Positions 8,051-11,275 of a stretch of 11,275 bases of DNA are shown in pieces. Position 1 is the stretch's first letter. Each line of letters starts with the position of its first letter. The notes under the pieces were generated by a model, which saw nothing but the letters and a program-made list of their open reading frames with translations, had not been told where the DNA came from and ran no database searches. Source of the stretch: Myxococcota bacterium (GTDB lineage Bacteria > Myxococcota > JACRCW01); NCBI GenBank assembly GCA_040752415.1, contig JBFMGU010000319.1, positions 1 to 11,275 of the forward strand. The letters are read 5' to 3'. A program made the position numbers and the translations under genes.

Positions 8051-10675
8051 ATGACGTTGCACACTGCGGCGGTGGCCGTCCTCCTGTTCCTGGGGGCCAC
8101 CTCCGACGCCAAAGCCCCCGCACCCTGGGTCTTCCCCAAGGACCACGCCCCCGGCCAGCTGCTGGTGAAGTGGCGCCTAACACCCACGAATGCCGTCCTG
8201 GCCGCGGCCAGCAAGCGCACGCACCTGACGCTGTCGACCGTGCGGCGGCTGCACGGGGATTGGCTGCTGGTGGAGGTCCGCAGCGACGTGGGGAGCGCCC
8301 TCACGGAAACGGAAACCGCGCGGGCCCTGACCCGACTGACGCGGGACCCCGCGGTGGCCCAGGCCCAGGTGGACCGCTGGTATCGCCCGCTGGTGACGCC
8401 CAATGACCCGGCGTTCCCCTCCATGTGGCACCTGCGCATCCTGGGGGCGGAGGAGGCGTGGGAGCACACCCAGGGAACCAGCGCGCAGCGCGTTGGCGTG
8501 GTGGACACCGGCACGGTCCGCGCGCACGAGGAGCTCAACGCCAAGGATCTCACCGGCCATGACTTCATCAGCGTTCCCCAGGTCTCCGCCGACGGCGACG
8601 GACGCGACGCCGAGTGGGATGACCCCGGCGACGGCGCCAACTGCGGCGGTGGTTTCCAGCCCAGCACCTTCCACGGCACCCACGTGGCAGGGACCATCCT
8701 GGCGTCCACCGACAACGGCGTGGGTCTGTCCGGCATCAACTGGAATGCCAGGCTGGTGACGGCGCGCACGCTGGGACGCTGCGGCGGCTTCCTCTCCGAC
8801 GTGCTCGACGGTGCGCGGTGGCTCGCGGGCGCCAACGTGCCGGGCGTGCCGGACATTGGCGAGAACAAGGTCAGCGTCATCAATCTCAGCCTGGGCGGCG
8901 CGGGCCCGTGCGGCGCGTATGAACAGGAGGTCTTTGATGACATCCACGCGCGCGGCGTGATTGCGGTGGCCGCGGCGGGCAACGACGGTGGCGACGTCAA
9001 CAGCCCAGCCAACTGCAACGGCGTGGTGACCGTGGCGGCGCACGGCCCGGGCGCATCCCGGCCGCTGGCCCCGTATTCCTCGTTTGGCAGCACGGTGGAC
9101 ATCGTGGCGCCGGGCGGAGCCATCCAGACGTCGTTGGAGCAGGGCGTGTACAGCAGCCTTGGGCCGGACCCCACCGGTTACGGCTGGTACCAGGGAACTT
9201 CCATGGCCACGCCGCACGTGGCGGGCGCCATCTCGCTGATGTTGTCCCTCAACCCGGCACTCACCCGGGATGACGTCGTGGCGCTGCTGCAGCAGACCGG
9301 CGTGGACTGCGGCGGGTGCCAGGGGCGCAAGTCCCTGCAGCTCGACGCGGTGGTGGCGGAAGTGGGCGGCTTTGTCCCGCCCGAGCCGCCGCAGGTGGAT
9401 GCAGGTCCGCCGCTGGTCGACGACGGGTACGAAGAGAACGATTTCTTCGAAAACGCCGCACCCATTGCCTGCGGCGACGTGTTGGACCTGGTGTACCTGC
9501 GTGAGGACCCGGATTGGTTCCAGCTCCGCGTGGCCGAGGACACGGTGGTGACCGTGACCCTGCAGGCGGTGCAGCCCACCAACAACCTGGATCTCTTCCT
9601 GGCCAGCGCTCCTGGGCCGTCCGGGATCCTGCTCTCGTCGGCGGGGCCCACGGGTGAGGAGCAGCTGCAGTTCGAGGCGCCGGGCGGCGCATTGGGCCTG
9701 GGCGTGGTTTCCAACGGCGGGAACGCGCTCTATCGGCTCACCGTGGATTGTCCGCCACAACCCCCGGTTCCCGACGCGGGGCCGCCTCCGGACGCCAGCG
9801 GCGGTGTGCCGGGAGATGATTCGCTGGAGCCCAACAACACCATCCTCACCGCGCGGCCCATTGGTTGCGGCTCCATGCTCACGCTCACCGCGGCGCAGAC
9901 GGATGACGACTGGTTCTCCGTGACCGCGCCCGCCGGCACGCGCGTGACCGCCAACCTCAACACCGACCCAGCCGCGGACCTGCGCCTGCGCCTCACCGAC
10001 GACCCCGAGCGGCCCGCGGCGCTGGGGCAGTCCGTGACCAACGCGGGAAGCGCGCGTGTGTCGTCGGTGGCGGCCGGTGGGCTCATGGCGGTGGGCGTTC
10101 GCGGGTCCTTCACGGCCACCTATGATTACGCGCTCAACGTGACGTGCCAGAGCGTGGTGGACCCGGGTCCCACCGACGGGGGCGTGGGGCCGCAGCCGCC
10201 GGCGGATGACGCGCAGGAGCCCAATGACAGCCTGGCGGAGGCGCGTGAGCTGGCGTGTGGTGCGCCGCAGGACCTGGTGCTGTCCGACGTGGACTTCTTC
10301 AAGATTCCGCTGCGGGAGCAGGAGGTGTTGCGGGTGGGGTTTTCCGGCCAGGCGGACCTGCAGGTGGAGCTGCTGAGCAGCGCGGGCAGCGTGCTGGCAG
10401 TGGGACGTGCCGGAGACGGGGACACCAGCGTGGCGACGTCGCCCCAACCGGCGGGCCGCGCCTTCATACGCGTGTCGGCCGCCACGGTGACTGGCACCGC
10501 ATACCGACTGGAACCGACGTGCCAGGCGTCGTCCGGTGGCGCCGGCTCCTCCGGAACTCCCGGTGATGGCCCGGACACGCAGACGCCATGGGGATGCTCG
10601 TCGACGGGCACGCCGGTGGGCGTGGTGCTGGGGCTGGCGCTTCTTGGCCTACGCCCACGACGGCGAAAAGCTTGA
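8051..10675 (+). CDS. S8 (subtilisin-like) serine peptidase with propeptide, three PPC-like repeats and a MYXO-CTERM-like anchor
   Basis: Signal peptide from ATG 8051 (MTLHTAAVAVLLFLGATSDA). Catalytic Asp in VVDTG (8504), His in FHGTHVAG (8672), oxyanion Asn in AAAGND, Ser in GTSMATPHVAG (9200). Three DDxxE(E/P)N(D/N)...CG...C repeats. Tail GCSSTG-TPVGVVLGLALLGL-RPRRRKA. Confidence 0.95.
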   Translation: MTLHTAAVAVLLFLGATSDAKAPAPWVFPKDHAPGQLLVKWRLTPTNAVLAAASKRTHLTLSTVRRLHGDWLLVEVRSDVGSALTETETARALTRLTRDPAVAQAQVDRWYRPLVTPNDPAFPSMWHLRILGAEEAWEHTQGTSAQRVGVVDTGTVRAHEELNAKDLTGHDFISVPQVSADGDGRDAEWDDPGDGANCGGGFQPSTFHGTHVAGTILASTDNGVGLSGINWNARLVTARTLGRCGGFLSDVLDGARWLAGANVPGVPDIGENKVSVINLSLGGAGPCGAYEQEVFDDIHARGVIAVAAAGNDGGDVNSPANCNGVVTVAAHGPGASRPLAPYSSFGSTVDIVAPGGAIQTSLEQGVYSSLGPDPTGYGWYQGTSMATPHVAGAISLMLSLNPALTRDDVVALLQQTGVDCGGCQGRKSLQLDAVVAEVGGFVPPEPPQVDAGPPLVDDGYEENDFFENAAPIACGDVLDLVYLREDPDWFQLRVAEDTVVTVTLQAVQPTNNLDLFLASAPGPSGILLSSAGPTGEEQLQFEAPGGALGLGVVSNGGNALYRLTVDCPPQPPVPDAGPPPDASGGVPGDDSLEPNNTILTARPIGCGSMLTLTAAQTDDDWFSVTAPAGTRVTANLNTDPAADLRLRLTDDPERPAALGQSVTNAGSARVSSVAAGGLMAVGVRGSFTATYDYALNVTCQSVVDPGPTDGGVGPQPPADDAQEPNDSLAEARELACGAPQDLVLSDVDFFKIPLREQEVLRVGFSGQADLQVELLSSAGSVLAVGRAGDGDTSVATSPQPAGRAFIRVSAATVTGTAYRLEPTCQASSGGAGSSGTPGDGPDTQTPWGCSSTGTPVGVVLGLALLGLRPRRRKA

Positions 10676-10683
10676 GGGCCGCG

Positions 10684-11275
10684 TTAGTGTGGGCAGACCT
10701 TCTTGCGCTAATCCCCAACAAGCGCGTAGCGACCTGAGTTTCCGGAAACAGGCCCGAGAACAGTGACTTCCACGTCAAGCTGGTTCATTGAAATCATGCT
10801 TGTAATCCTCGACCGAAAGATCGACGGTGACGACGGAAGAACGACCGCGCGACGCCCATTCCGCTCGCGATGCGCTTGTTCGGGGGCTAATACCACCTGG
10901 TCACCTGACGTCGTCACGGCAAGGGCCGGGGAGGAACTCGCGCTGCCAGTATCCAGGGCGTGAGCCGGCGCCGCAGCCGTAGGGGTTAGGCATTTCCACG
11001 TCGTGATAGCGACGAGAACGGAAGGAAATGCCTAGCCCGGGGCCCCGAATCTTCCTCGGGTGAACCAACGTGTCCAGGGAGGATGCTCCGCACACACCCC
11101 CGCTTGCATGGGTGACGTTGGGGCTGACGGCGTGGCTCCGTCGGCCCTGGGCTAAGTAGCTGGCCAGAAGTTCCTTCACATCTGGAAGACTCCGGTTGAG
11201 CCCGAACAGCTCCGGCCAAAGCGGTATTTCAGACCGCACTCCCAAGGTGCCGGCCGCGCCCATCCCATTGGGCGG
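10684..11275 (+). ncRNA. Candidate large structured non-coding RNA (unassigned; may extend past the window end)
   Basis: No coding-like ORF. More than ten helices, including 10713-10732/10865-10885, 10964-10972/11246-11254, 10983-10997/11024-11038 and 11121-11130/11138-11147. G-U wobbles and a C-GAAA-G tetraloop favour the + strand. Confidence 0.65.

Noticed and set aside
594..10447. Long antisense or alternate-frame ORFs (594..2177, 1910..3190, 3203..4657, 5240..6085, 6980..7885, 7867..9174, 8177..10447 and others)
   Set aside because: Shadow ORFs of real high-GC genes: Arg/His/Gly-rich, with no domains.
10684..10711. Rho-independent terminator for the subtilase gene
   Set aside because: The hairpin is present but G-U rich and has no U-tract. 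Treated as possibly part of the larger structure.
10901..11275. Minus-strand ORF 10901..11263 (frame open to the window end), plus small ORFs 10763..10963, 10708..10917 and 10986..11219
   Set aside because: Many A/T-ending codons, unlike the real genes, and no recognisable domain. The + strand RNA-structure signal explains the region better.
10920..11275. Assigning the structured region to RNase P (GGGGAGGAA), tmRNA (ELAL-like peptide), group II intron, HEARO/omega RNA (GGATGCTCC) or 23S rRNA (TGAAATACC on -)
   Set aside because: Only isolated short matches. There is no GAGGAAAGTCC/ACAGAA P4 core, no tRNA-like ends, no GUGCG start with domain V, and no extended rRNA similarity.
1..11275. CRISPR arrays, tRNAs, transposases/integrases, sigma-54 promoters
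   Set aside because: No spaced direct repeats, cloverleafs or recombinase motifs seen. Candidate GG-N10-GC sites near 540, 605 and 7990 did not fit the consensus.

Overview
High-GC bacterial window, probably Myxococcota-like (inferred from a MYXO-CTERM-type sorting tail, Cys-stapled secreted proteins and strong GC3 bias). It holds about nine protein genes: a truncated Arg/Gly/Gln-rich N-terminus (-), a secreted 8-Cys protein plus a DUF1573-like Ig-fold protein (+), a STAS/SpoIIAA-like protein (-), a small glutaredoxin-like protein (-), an 812-aa lipoprotein built from three 261-aa repeats (+), a TfoX-family protein with a Lys/Ala tail (+), an MDR-family NADPH oxidoreductase (-) and an S8 subtilase with three PPC-like repeats (+). 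The most unusual element is the last ~600 nt (10684-11275). It appears non-coding and is tiled with nested helices whose non-Watson-Crick positions are mostly G-U wobbles on the + strand, and it has two candidate pseudoknots. It looks like a large, complex ncRNA that I cannot match to a known class by eye. All calls come from reading the sequence; no searches or folding programs were run.
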